From the NCBI GenBank assembly GCA_046563655.1, contig CM102290.1, forward strand, positions 2,046,001-2,110,000: a stretch of DNA of 64,000 nt. The letters run 5' to 3'. The notes below the pieces were generated by a model. That model did no database searches and was not told where the DNA came from. It saw only the letters and a program-made list of their open reading frames with translations. The DNA comes from Yuukianura sp. NJ FZ-2021 (taxonomy: Eukaryota). Below are positions 38,711 to 51,636 of this stretch, one piece after another. Made by a program: the position numbers and the translations under genes. Position 1 is the first letter of the stretch, and the number at the start of each line of letters is the position of its first letter.

Positions 38711-41700
38711 CGCGAGAACACTTATGCTTTAAATTAACGCACTTTACAAAAGACTTGAGCAAGTTTCGTTCGTAATCAGAGATGTCAAACATATGTTTCA
38801 CATCTCTGTTCATAATAATCGATCATAATCCATTATTAAGTAGGTTTCGCTACTTAGCAATGGATTATGATTTATTCCTGTTGTTAAATCCAACCTGAAG
38901 GGAGGACGACGTTGACTGGCGGCGGCGGTCGTATAAAATCTACAGACGACATAACCTAAAAACCTAAGTTAAGATGGTTGCATTAGGTTAAAGTTAGGCT
39001 AAGAGTTCACAAAATGGTAGGCTAAGATGACTAATCCTGTTGCAAGTTTCCTGGGACTTGACCACTAGCCTTATCCTGTCGTCATAACCTGTTGTACCGT
39101 GTGATCCATTATTAAGCGTGACTTTCTCCTATTACTTTTCCGTTTAGAGCCAAAGAGGGAGAGCGAAGTGGCCCATTTGAGTCCAATGACATAATTTCCA
39201 TTATCCCATGTTAAATCATGGATTAAGCCAACGGCCACGGTTGTTTAGTCTCAGTCACTTTCACTTTTCAAAGTCCCTGCACGCACTTGGACTCCTCATG
39301 CAATCCCACACAACGCAGTCATTACTACTCTACTTGAACACAGACGAAAAAAAAAAGTTAAAGGTTCGTGGAAACGAACTGGCGACCCCATCCGTGATTC
39401 CATCCCATAATCAAAACGACGGAACAATGAAAACGGAATTTCAGAAACCAAGGTTTCATGCAACCCTAATCACACTTCTTTCTTTTGTGCCAATTTAGAG
39501 CTGTTTTGGTCAAATTAGCTTCTTAACAATTCTGTTGGTTGAAATGAAAAACTGATGCAAGGGGACACATTCTGGAGCCGTATTCCTTACTTCAACCAGA
39601 AGTTGTTTGGTTGAAGTGGTAAAGTATGACTGTTGTTGCAGAAGTTGGGAGAGTTGAGGTCATTAGTAGAGTGTTGATGGTGAATGGAGTCTAATTGAAA
39701 ATGATAGGACTAATTGAGACATGTCTTGGAAAGTGGCTGGAAATTGTTACTTTCTGCTTTGGCGACCAAAAGTTCTGGAAGTGGGAAATGGGTGTATGCG
39801 TCAGCTTGGGCGTAGTATCTAGAAACCGGTCTAGCCTATGTTTCATGCAAAACACACCTTATTCCTTCCTGCAACCGACTTCTGAGGCAGCACAAGTCTG
39901 TGCCTTCGAGTCCTCGCAAGAAATAGAATTTTTATGAGCATCAAAGATTCAAATCGTATTGACTTTGACGACGACGACAACTCTCTCTTTCCCGCCTTTT
40001 TCTATACTTTCACCGATCCGCTGGTCGGTCAAACCAAACTTGGTTGGCTATCTAATCCTTTGTAAATCTCCCAGAAATGTGCTTTGTCCATTTTATTAAG
40101 AGTGGGGATCGACCTATCCTAACATCATATTTCCATGAAACCTCCACTTTTTACGGCCGATTTGTTGAGGGGGCACTTGACACTCAGGATCATCTGTCAA
40201 GGGCCCCCTTCAACCCATCTCTCTGAAATCTGATGGATGATTGGTTATGTTCTTGGTGGAAACTAATAAAAAAAGGCTACACTTTCTTTGGAATAGGTTG
40301 AGGCCTATAAATTTTGAGGTGGTTCTTCACTTAGCGCACTCCTGCCAGCACAGCATGTGGTACAGCGTCAATTTTTTGGAAGGTACGGGACCTCCTACGG
40401 TATGCTGGCGCAGTAGAGTAGGACTGAGCAGAGAGTAGTAGCGGATTTATTCAAATAAACAATTTTTCCAACCAAAAATCTCCTCGTGAGTTAAGGGAAA
40501 AGAGAAAGCGGGCCTCTGGGTTCAATGGAATCTACAAATCGATAAAGACCCGAATTCCGCTTTCTCCCCTGCTCCTATTCCTATCTCCAACATCATCATC
40601 CCTTCCACGTCATTTCGTCAACGATACCAACACAAAAAGGTAGGCAAAAAAATTCTAATACACTTTTGAGCAACGCTGTACTTTATAGTTTCATGGTGCG
40701 AAAAGTTGGAGAAGAAAAGTTAGAGAAAAAGAGAAAATTTAGACAAAACAACATAAAAACTTTCTTTCTTTTCTCCAATTTGTAACAATCGGTCTAAAAA
40801 GTAATCGAGTAGTTATACGGTTCTGTCCAAAAGTCAAAAACAAGATGACGATTTTTTTTAGGTAAAAGTAAATGTGGTTGAAAGATGAAAGCTGAGGGAA
40901 TTGTGAATTGAAAGGAAAGTGACGTGTATTTTTTTATTTGTTTATAGTATTTCTTTTCAAAATATCAATTTTGAAAATGGTTTCAAAGTGTTGAGAGACC
41001 AGGGCAAGGGTACATTATTACATTTGAGAAGGAAAAACTGGAATGTAGGAACTCTGTTTTTTTTTTCGTGCAGTAGCAGTAGTAAGCACGTCTTCTGAAA
41101 CTGTCTGTTACTTTCACACTTTCAACACATAACGGTGGGTTCGGAACTTTCACTGAGCAAAAGGATGGGCTAGATCCGAAACGCGTTGAACTTTTGGGAA
41201 ATGACTGTTGTGTCAATATTAGCATTCATGTCTGACATTTATTCGGAACAGAATTCCTTGGAGAAACTTATATTTTCAGTTCCAGTTTACCAACACTACT
41301 GGGCTACTTTCATACAACAACTGACTTCCAGGATCTACGCCCCCTCCCCACTCCGTGTTTCTCGAAATTTCAGAAAATGACATTTCTGGAACACAGTGCA
41401 TAACAGAATTTGAAAATTCAGAGATTCACCACAATCCAATTGACGCAAGAAGTAGCTCTGAACCAATCGAGCTGTTTTGAATTTGAATTTTTTGAAATTT
41501 TAGATAAATTGTTTTTGGATAGTACTTTCCTTAAAATATTTCAAAACTGAAAATTCAAATTTGAACTGGCAACTTAGAAACTTGAACTTAATATATTTTT
41601 TTTTCTTTTACAAACAACATGAATTCTGAAGAGTTATGCACATCCCCACAGTGCTTAGAGATTTTTAGCAACAAAAAATGGCGCGAAAAATTTATTTCTA

Positions 41701-41728
41701 GATTTGTTGACTTTATCCAAGGTATAAT

Positions 41729-41983
41729 AGGGAGTTTGCGTTATAAATAATTTATAGAATTTATAGAAAGTATAGAATTTATGGTGAGGAGTGATGTCAC
41801 TTTTTAAATTTTTCAAAATAATTTATAAACACGGTTTATAAGTGAGAAAATTTTGGAAAGTGACGTCACAGAATTAAAATGGACCAATCGCGTGGGCTTT
41901 TACAAAACGGGTGAAAGGAGGCGGGCTTCCTAAATTCTATACTTTTTATAAATTCTATAAATGATTTGAAACGTAAACTCCCT
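41729..41983. mobile_element. Fold-back MITE with ~53-bp TIRs starting AGGGAGTTT (PIF/Harbinger-like)
   Basis: AGGGAGTTTGCGTTATAAATAATTTATAGAATTTATAGAAAGTATAGAATTTA is mirrored by TAAATTCTATACTTTTTATAAATTCTATAAATGATTTGAAACGTAAACTCCCT; flanks aat/aag. Superfamily assignment is tentative. Confidence 0.82.
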
Positions 41984-43304
41984 AAGAGTGCCTCGTTTGT
42001 TATGAATTTTCACCTGTCGCTTTCGTTTGGAAATTGGAGGGCAATGGTGGGTTTGAAATTTTGTAGAACAACGGGGCGGGAGGCGGATTCGGTTTGTTTT
42101 ATTTTTGAAAAGTTTATATATATCAGACTCAAATGGAATTGAAGCACAAATTTATGAACCTGTTCCAAGTCCACATGTATTTTTTGGGAAAACAACATGT
42201 AATTCAGTAGATAATTTGAGCTAAAGTGATGGGATAAACGACAGCAGAAGTGAATAAGGGATTAAGCATAGACCTTCTTTTCCGACAAACACCGTCAAAC
42301 TGCGGAGGCGGAAGAGCCAAAGTCTATACGTATTTTTAGAACTGCACTATTCCTGAACTACATTTTCAAACTATGAAATCCCAAATGCATGGGATTACTA
42401 TTAAAGAAAGTTTGCAAAAAGTATTTTCAAAAGTTCATAGTTTAGAAATTTTTTTTTATACAAGTTTTTATTTTTAATGCAGAAACTAAAAAATGGATAG
42501 CAAAGTAGCGTAGCGCGGCAACTATTTTTTCTGATGTTTTGAGTCCACACGCTAATGCACAAAGATGAATGGTTTTTTTGAAAGTGTTTTACTCCATGCG
42601 TAAGTTTTGGATATTTCAAATTTTTAAAAAATGTTGTTGTCATTTTTTAGAAAAAGAGAGGATGCTGTTCAGTTTTTGGGCATGTGTCCAATTATGATTT
42701 AGTGGTAGGATTAGGCCATTAGATGAGAAGACGTCCGTGTGTCCCATAAACCCATTCCAGGGAAATATTGAATTATAAAGTTAGGCATACTCTGGAGGCT
42801 GCACAGGAGAAAGTTAGGTTAGATTAGGCAGAGGCGGGATTTTTCGAAGGAAGCAGAGCGTGAGAGTGTCTCCTTTTCTGGATCACCGTGTATATTCTTC
42901 GTTCTCATGGAACAAGAGGCGGGAACTCTCAAGTTTTTAAACAAAATTTCCCCATAAGGAAAACGTAAACTATCCTAACCCAAACCTAATGTCCCGACGT
43001 AATCAAATAATAAACGGAAAATCAATCCAGGAAGGAGACTCGATATCCCAAAGGTTTATGGCTCTTATCCCAAACTAGGCTCCTGCGCCACACAGACGAC
43101 TAACCGGTAAGGGAGGAAAGAGAAAGTTGTGAGCCGGTATTAGGTTAGGTAAGGTTAGGCAGGAAGATCTAAAAGCGGCTAAAACTGGTAATTGATTCCA
43201 AGGGACTATAAGTTTTGAGCTTAATTCCTATACTCAGTCACTCCCATGTATGCTAATGGGCCAACGAACAGAAAATATTGACTCTGAGAGAGTCTCAGGC
43301 AGTT

Positions 43305-43368
43305 TAGTCTTTCGGCTCATAGTCGCTCGATTCTTATAGTCTTTCGACTCTTAGTCGTTTAGTCGTCC
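43305..43368. repeat. Degenerate ~15-bp tandem repeat (TAGTCTTTCGRCTC)
   Basis: Five TAGTC-initiated units in tandem. Confidence 0.6.
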
Positions 43369-46300
43369 AGACCATTTCAATTCAAGTATAGCCAAACTAA
43401 AAGTCTACTTTCAGCTCACCGTCACCGTCATTAACGTCAAAACCAAACAGTTTCCCACCCTTTTACCTAAACCCATCAATTACATACTTGACACGAACCG
43501 GTACACGGAGTACTACTAAATAATTTACATGTTACTTTCCTTTTTCCATTCCAATTTTTTGTTGCTAATGACTTTTCTCGTCAAAAACAAAAAAAAGAAG
43601 CATTTACAACGAAAAGTCACCGGATTTTTTTTTTGAAAACCGGAAGAAACGGACTGCTCTCGACCTATACATTGTTGCTGCTAAAAATTGAATACTTTGA
43701 AGTGCAAATTGTGGGTTAACGTTAATTTTAATCAACTATTTGAAGAAAATTTTTGAAATTTTTATATGAAAAAGAGAAAGTGTGCGTAGAAAGTTGACAT
43801 TTTTGGAATTCTTAAGTGAAAGCCAGTATCTGTGTGGAATGTTGAATCTTGCCGCCGGGGTTCAAACCCTGGCCTAGGCCGTTTCTTTTTTTTATAGTGT
43901 TCAAATGATACCAAGAACAAAAGGATTTGTGGACGGAAGAAAGCGTTTCCAAGTGAAGGATAAGTACAGAAGCTTCTTCATGCCCCCGGGTTTCTTTGGT
44001 TTCCATTTCTACGGAATTCAAAATCTGTCCCTCCTCGTCTTCCTATCCTACTTCGGTTGTATGTAAAATAGGAATCGGGAAATTTTGAAATTTGAAAAAT
44101 GGCGGGAGAGGAGCACTCAAACAAGTGTGTTAGTCCAAAGGTTGAAGGTCTTGAGTGACCTGGATCAGGAGAGTCATGTGCCAAAAAGCCCAGGAAGAGA
44201 AAGTGGGAATTCCTGGCAAATGGTAGGAATATTTCTGTTCTGCAGCCAAAGACAAAGGATCAATTTGAAGTCAATTCCAGTCACTCTCCAACTTCCTTCC
44301 CAAACACCCATGGGTACCACATTTGTTCAAGCAAATTGACCCACCACCGCCTTGGAGGTGGCTTGGTGGCTGCACCTACCAAGCCACCTCTCCGCATTCA
44401 TCATTGTACACCAGACATTCAAAAAGCGACCCATTAGCGATAGCGCACCCTCCCAAATTAACCCATGAGTAAAAATATTCTAAATTCTAGGAATTTGATA
44501 GCGGGATATTTCCAAATTTTGACCCGAATCTTGGACCCACAACGAAAGAAAACGTGAACGGTTTATAAAGGTAGTATATCATGCTCCTTGTTTCATTTTT
44601 TTTTGAGTTTTTGTTGTTTGAAAAGTCCCGCCATCCCTTTCAAGTCCATTTTGTTCACTTGGAACTCCTCAATTCATGAATGTCAGGCATGGAAAATCTG
44701 AGGAAAAGAAGAAGAAACTTTTTTTTCTGCTTTCTCCATCCGTTTCTTCTTTTCCGCACAAAGTCCCTCAGGCATCACCGCGCACTTTCAAATTCCAACT
44801 TTCTCCAAATTCCACGTCCACCACTTCCTTTTCCAAAGAAGAAGCAATTTTTTTCTAAAAAAAAAGAGTTCATTTTTTGTTTTTCGAAAAAAAAGCATGA
44901 AAAAAAATCGTGCATGTGTTGGTGGAAAAGAAAAATCTCTGCTTTGCCTAAAAGTTAATTTTGGTCTACAGGAAAATTCAAAGTCAGTTGTTTATGCCTT
45001 TCTTAAGCAAAAGCACATTTTTTAAAATTGAAAAAAAAATTATTCGTAACAAAAGACGAAGGTCCTTTTTTTTAAAGTAATAACAAATGAACATTTAAAA
45101 AAACCTTGAAATGAAGGTTTTCATTTTTAATTTTTCCGTCTGTTTTTTCTTTTTCTTCTTTTTTTTTGTTGAAAAAACTCAACTTCTGTTATTACACACT
45201 CATATATTTCTTAAAGCAAAAACAATTCTTGAAATTTTTGAAATTTATTACAATGGAATAGTTTCTTTGATATTTTAAAGAATTTTCCCAGCAAAACAAA
45301 AATTTTGGAAAAAATGAGTTATGATTCCAAAAAATTTTTTCCTAGCAGTATTCCTAAACTCGTAGAAAAGAGCCTTTTATTACTAAGAGACAGACGAGCT
45401 GAGTAAATTTGAAGAAAAGAAAGATGCAGGGGCGAAGGAAAAGGTAATAAAGTGGCCGTTATTTAAAAATTCAAAAGAAGAAAACTTCTCCCGCGCTCCT
45501 CCACTTTCTTCCATTGTCTCCCAATGGGTACCTCCAATATCGATTAAAGCTTTCCTTATGAACCTACTTTTTTCTTTCTGTCTCTAAGTTTCTTAGCTAT
45601 AACCTTACTTTTGGCTATAACTTTGGAATTACTCTGAACGTTAGGTTTTTATTTTTTACTAACGACGCTCCCTAGTTACCAATTTAGAACATAGTAACAC
45701 ACACACAACTGTTTCAAAAGTTAGACTGCCTAAGGAATGCCTATCCATTACAGTTGTAGCCAAGTGGGTTACGACTTTGCAATCCGGAAGGAATTCAACA
45801 CATTTTCAAAATTTAGAACAACCTTGCCTTACAAAAAGTTCTTCCTGGAAGGTAGTCATGTCTAATCAGGGTGTTTGAACGTTTTACACTTAATTTGCAA
45901 AGCATACGGATTACTAACCTAACATATTTCGCATCCTGTTTTTTGTCCATTGTTGGGCAACACCGTTGTTCATGTTTTCGGTCCATAAAACTCACGACGT
46001 GGCATAAGGCCGAAAACAATCAATTCTTTAATAAGTTTGTTAACGCTTAGAAAAGAAACAGATTTACGAAACAGTTCAGTAACGACAAAATAATAACTCC
46101 CGCGCTTTCCAAAAACTGTTGGTTTTTTGGTAGAATGAAACCACGTGCCGTGCTAAAAAGCTCCACCAAAACCCACTGGGGTGGGGCAAGTGAGTGGTGG
46201 TGATCAATCACTTGACAACGGTTTTGGACACAAGACAGTTCCAACTTCGTTACCCCTCGCCTACGTCTCCTCCCCCCGTAACTCATGTTTACATTATTGC

Positions 46301-46784
46301 TCACTCTATAAAACTTTCTCATCGTGTTTACTAATTGCAAAACTGCTGCTACTTTTGCTTTTTTTCGGAACAGAAAGTTTTTTTTAACATTTACTTCAAA
46401 ATTTGACTGGTTTAGAAAGTACGACGTGAGGAAATGACTCGGTGTTGGACACAGAGACGGGCCACCACCTTATAGTCATCAAAGGCAAATTAGTAGGTTG
46501 CAGAGTGAACCGCCCAAAATAAAATGTTAATTTGTCCAAACAGAGTGGAAGGGAAAAGCTTTCATGGATTTTTTTTGGAAAAAAATTCCGTCTGCAAAAA
46601 AAAAATTAAACACGGTTTGAAAACTGAGAAAAGCATTCTGAAACTGGGCATTTCGGACACCCGTCCGAAAGATACATTTCGGACCGACCTCTTTCAGGTT
46701 ACTGAATTAGCCGAAGCTTATTTTAACATATAAGAGGTGCGGTATATTTGAAAATGTTAGAATGTAGGTAAAGTTAGCACACGG

Positions 46785-47032
46785 CAAGGTTGCTATAGCA
46801 ACCAATTGTAATGCTACAAGAGGTTATTCAATACCTCCGACGTTTATAAAAATTGAGTCAAAACAACTTTTTGAACCAATTTTGAACCAATTCTCATTAG
46901 ACTACATGCAAATCATTACTATAGAAAGGCATGGCGAAGCAAGTTTTGCAAATTATTTAACAAAATTAAAAAACGTCGAGTTAATGAATAACCTCTTGTA
47001 GCAATCAACAATCTGCTTGTTTACCCACCTTG
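46785..47032 (+). mobile_element. P-superfamily-like MITE, family E
   Basis: CAAGGTTG...CCACCTTG ends; perfect TSD GCACACGG; subterminal inverted TGCTACAAGAGGTTATTCA / TGAATAACCTCTTGTAGCA. Confidence 0.92.
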
Positions 47033-47872
47033 GCACACGGCGCAAGTGCATACATTTTGGTCGAACACTTATGTAATTTCATTGTTTCAGACCATTTGAA
47101 AAAGTGGCCGATATTGGGAACACAGTATTCTTAGTATTTTCAGTTCAAGTGGAATTGAAAGCAGCAGTTTTTCTAAACAAAAAATCTGTGGACCGGAACA
47201 GAGCTGGAATGTTGCTTTTCGAGTGACTAGTTCCGTGTGTCCATTAATCATTGATTGGAGTCCGGGTTTTATTCCTAATGGCCCTATGAATAATAGAACC
47301 TCAAACTTCGTCTTTTCAAAAACTAACAAACAAATTTCAAAGTTCGCTGAAAAAAAAAAACAAAACATGGAGCTTGACCTCTGAGAAGGGTCAAACCTAA
47401 CCTAAAAATGGTACTCTCAGCCTCCATTTAAAAACTTAATCTTTTAAAAATTACTAACATATTACATAGGTACTTTAAAGTTTTTAGTATACCGCAAGAA
47501 TTTAAAAGAAAAGTCGCCTGTTCAATCCGTTTTGAGTGGTGTTTAGAAAGTTTTATGACAAAAGTACTAAGAAAGATAGTAAAAGAAAGTTGGGAGGGAG
47601 AAAGTGGAGGAAGGGGGAGGTAGTCCCACCTTATGTCCTTAGCCTAACCTAACTTTTGTGGGTGGGAAGGGGTGGGGAAAGGAGAAAGTGAATTAGGTAT
47701 TTTTGAGTGGTTGGATTAATTGTTTAAGCTCCTGAGTCTTGTTAAAGGGGTTCCTCCATCACCCCTTCTAATGGGCCTCCTAATCCCCTGTCCCCCTTCC
47801 ACGAAAACTAATGGTCACAATAATCATTTCCACAAAGAACACGGGCGCATGCCTTTGAAAAAGAGAATACGG

Positions 47873-48157
47873 CAAGGTTCCTTGACAACGAAAAGTTAAT
47901 TGTCTTTAACAGGTTGAGTACTACCTCACTTCTTGACAAAAAAAATGAAAAAAAAAAAAACTAAAATTGGTACCAATATTGGAACCAGTCCAAAAAGTTG
48001 TACCAACATATATTCAAAATTTATATAATTGTTATAACTACGATGCCCTGAAATAAAAAGAAATGAAATGAATTGAAATTTATTTTTTTGCAAAATAGAA
48101 AAAAAAGGGATAGGTATTACCCAACCTGTTAAAGAAACTTCAAGTCAACAAACGTTG
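47873..48157 (+). mobile_element. P-superfamily-like MITE, family A
   Basis: CAAGGTTCCTTGACAAC...GTCAACAAACGTTG; TSD gaatacgg/gaatagag (6/8). Confidence 0.88.
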
Positions 48158-51100
48158 GAATAGAGTTAAACATATTTTTTTGATTTCTAATTCTAAGAGT
48201 CGCTAAATTAAAAATCTAAAATCTAATTTGACTTATTAAAGCTGTCTTTTTTAAGAAGGTCGAGAGATTTTGGTTGAGTATAATTTCGTGTACAGTGGGA
48301 CAAAAGGAGAAAGTTAAGATTTTTAATCATGTAAAGTAGTGGCTAGACATTAGACTTTTTGTTGCTCCTGGAAGAAAGTGTGCTGGATAATCATGATAAT
48401 GAGGCTGACAAGTTCCTGCTGCTCCTCCAAACTTTCCTTCTTCTTCTGCAACACTTTCCTTTTGTCTGAAGGAAGATGATGAGTTGCTTCAGAAGTGTTG
48501 GCATGACAGGCGGATGAGAAGCAGGGGCGGGGCAGAGAGCCACCAGCATCCAAGACACATAGCCTTAGGATGAGGCGAAGGCAAGAAAAAATGACAATTT
48601 GTTCATATCTAGTTTCAAAAAATCAATTCAAATTCCGTAGGAACACTACCGACATGTACAATGGAGTCTCAGCAATGATTGAGTCACCGATTTTTGGAAA
48701 GTTTTAAATCAAAATTTTTTGACAACAAATGCTTAAAGGTTTGCAGGTTCTGAGCATAAATTTTTTTTTTATAAATAAGCAGATTTTCTGTGAAGTAGAT
48801 CCAAATTTACTGCGCAGGTTCTTGCTCCTGTTTAAATTTCCTTACTTTCTCTTTAAATTTAAACTTAAACTTCATTTTAAAAGGAAGAAGAGATGATGAT
48901 CGCTAATCTGGTGGACACCAGAAGCCTCATTTTCATTTCAAATCCTTCCAACTTCCAGTTTTCATTTTTCCTGCCATTTTCCCATGGGCTCTTTTCCTTC
49001 CTTATTTTCTCTAAACCATCAATCCATAAATTAACCATTCATCATCATACTTTCATTTTAATTATAATCAACGTCACAAAATTTCAAATTTTTGTCTAAA
49101 AAATTTAGACATTTACATCAAGGTTTTAACTTTTCGTGGGAAAGAAAAGTTTTTAATACAATGTTGTTGTTTTTTTTTGCAAATTCGGTAGAAATATGCA
49201 TAGCTGAGAACTCTTCCAGCATAAAATCCTATAAGACGTAACTAAGATTCGTTGATGGACAAAAGTCCCAAAAAATTTACTTTTCGGGCTTTTGTTTTAG
49301 CAAAAGGTTAATTTTGAAGGAAAAGAAACAATAAGTGGTTGTTCAAATGTTTAATAATGCAAAACCGGCGAGATTTGGATAAAAAAAATTCTGGCAAAAA
49401 AGCCAAGAAAAGTTTTTTTTTAAGAAAAAAAAAGTAAACTTTTTCGGAAGTGTTTTGTTGCACATTTTATATTTGTTTCCTTTGTTTAACTTGAACTGAC
49501 GTTACAGTTTTCATGAATAAGAAAAAACCTTTTCACTTTTAGTTTAAGATTTGTTTTAAAAAAAATTAAAAGTTTTTTAAAAGAAAAGTAAAAAGTTCAC
49601 GAGAGTTCCCTAATGAAAGGACCTACTTGCATACTTTACTTGTTTTTCTTCTTCCCTCTCTGCTTTACCTTATGTATTTGTACATGTCACTGCCGCTGAC
49701 GCTGGAAGTATGAAATAGTTACTCCCTCCGCCGCTTTTCATTTCAAATTCATTTGAGTTAGAAGGAGTGGAACTCCTTTGAGCTTTCTTTTTACAGGGAT
49801 GCCCATCTCTACCTCAACCTATGTAAGAGTAACTCTGGCGTTTATGAATATTTGAATTCAGGAAATATGCAAGGAATCACCACCGAAAAACCTTTGAGAA
49901 TTGGGCAGAAAAAGTTTCTAATAATAGGAAGCTTGCTTTCTTCTTTTATTTCTAGTCTGGACTTCTGGAAGGGATCCTAAGGGCCCCCTATTCCCCTTCT
50001 GGGCCAAACCTTTCTCCCTCCAACTTTGTTCCCGCTAAAAAGTTCTGCCAACCACTTTTTCCGCAGGGAACTTCCTCCTTTCTTTGCTTTCTTCTTAATT
50101 CAACCGCGCCAACCACAGTTCCATACTTTCTCCCTCCAAAGGTACATTTTTAACTCACATTTTGGTTGAAGTAAACTTGGGCTCTCCGACTGTACCCACC
50201 CGTTAAAATTTCCCACAGCAATAATGTTGTGGATTGCTTGTCCTCAAATTATGGTTTTTGCTTACTGCAAGTTATGATCTTCCTTGTTCAGAAATTGTTA
50301 TTGCTTTGTTCAGATTACGGTTTGTTTTTGCGTCTTTGGAAATTAGGTTAAGTTTTTGGTTGTTTTGAGCGGTAGGCTATGTTATTGTTTGCTTTGTGTT
50401 GAGTTTTGGTTAGGATAAGTTTGGTTTTAGGTTACATTCTGATGTTATTCTGGATTAGGTTTGTTCTTGTGTGTTTTTGAAGGAGTAGGTCGTTTGGAGA
50501 TGATGACGAGGCGGAATGAGGATTAGGCTCTTTTGTCGTTCCCATTGAACTCTGTGTGGTGCAATTTGCCCCGTATTGTGGAAGAATAATTGAGTCTAAT
50601 TGGAGGGTTTTTAAGGGAGTTGAGGGACATGATACTTTTTCCACAACTTTCTTTTTTTTTCAAATTAGACAAAAGTTGGCGGGAAATGTTGAATTCAAAG
50701 TTAAAAAGTCTCTCAGTTTTTGACTTTGTTTTGTCGTCTTATTCTAATGAGGTTAACTCCAAACCAGCCGTAGCTCTTTGCTCGGTTCCCTCAGGACGGA
50801 AATGGCGCGCCTTTCTCCAAAATTGGATTAGATCTTCTGCACCTCCCTGTGCGGACGAAAACGGGAAAACCTAGTTTTATGTTAGGCTAGTTTTCTTCTT
50901 CCTCTTCTTCCTAGAGTCTTGCTCAAATGACACTTTTGGACAAGGAGGAACCACTTAAAGTCTATTCAAACCATAGTAGAATTCCTATACAACTTAAGTG
51001 GGTTAGCACCATGTTTTCACACCTAAGCCACACAAACCCATTCAGTCCACCTACAAAGTCCTACTTTTCAAAACGCTACTAAAAATCTAATGCTTTAAAG

Positions 51101-51420
51101 ACCGACTTTAAAAAAAAAAGAGAGCGGGAACTTTTTTTAAACGAACAAGTTAGGCAACCCACTAACCAGTGACAGTTGAAATCCTCATCCGCCTTCGCTT
51201 TTTTTCCAGTCTAAAAAGAAATGAAAGGTTTTGAGAGGGAATTTTGAGAAATGAATTTAATGGAGTTTTCTGAACAGCCAACTTTAAAAAAAAAAGTCCT
51301 GTCAGAGTTGAGCCTTCGAAGGAAGAGACGGTTTCATCCTGTGGAGCATTTTTTAATTCCCCCTAGAAAAAAAAATACAGCGTGGTTCACAGTTTCAAAT
51401 ACTACAACTTTTTTTTTGCC

Positions 51421-51636
51421 TTTTAGTCGCTACTGGAAACGCATGTCTAAGTGTAGAAGAAAACTATTCATACGACCTTGTCTCTCCGTCTGTCACTGTT
51501 TTAGAACCCCTTCCACTGAAACACAAGCCTTATCACACTTTGGATGCTCATTTATGCAAAACGTGAGGGACAGACAGACAAACTCGTATCAATAATCTTC
51601 AGCATGTCTACGACGTGGGTCTCCACAAGACTAAAA
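51421..51636. mobile_element. Fold-back element with degenerate ~70-bp arms containing a (GTCT)n microsatellite
   Basis: TTTTAGTC...GAAGA...TATTCATACGA..TTGTCTCTCCGTCTGTC at the left is mirrored by GACAGACAGACAAACTCGTATCAATAATCTTC...GACTAAAA at the right. Confidence 0.6.

Noticed and set aside
48350..48580. GC-richer island with two open minus-strand frames
   Set aside because: Neither translation is recognisable, and no consistent gene model links it to other segments.
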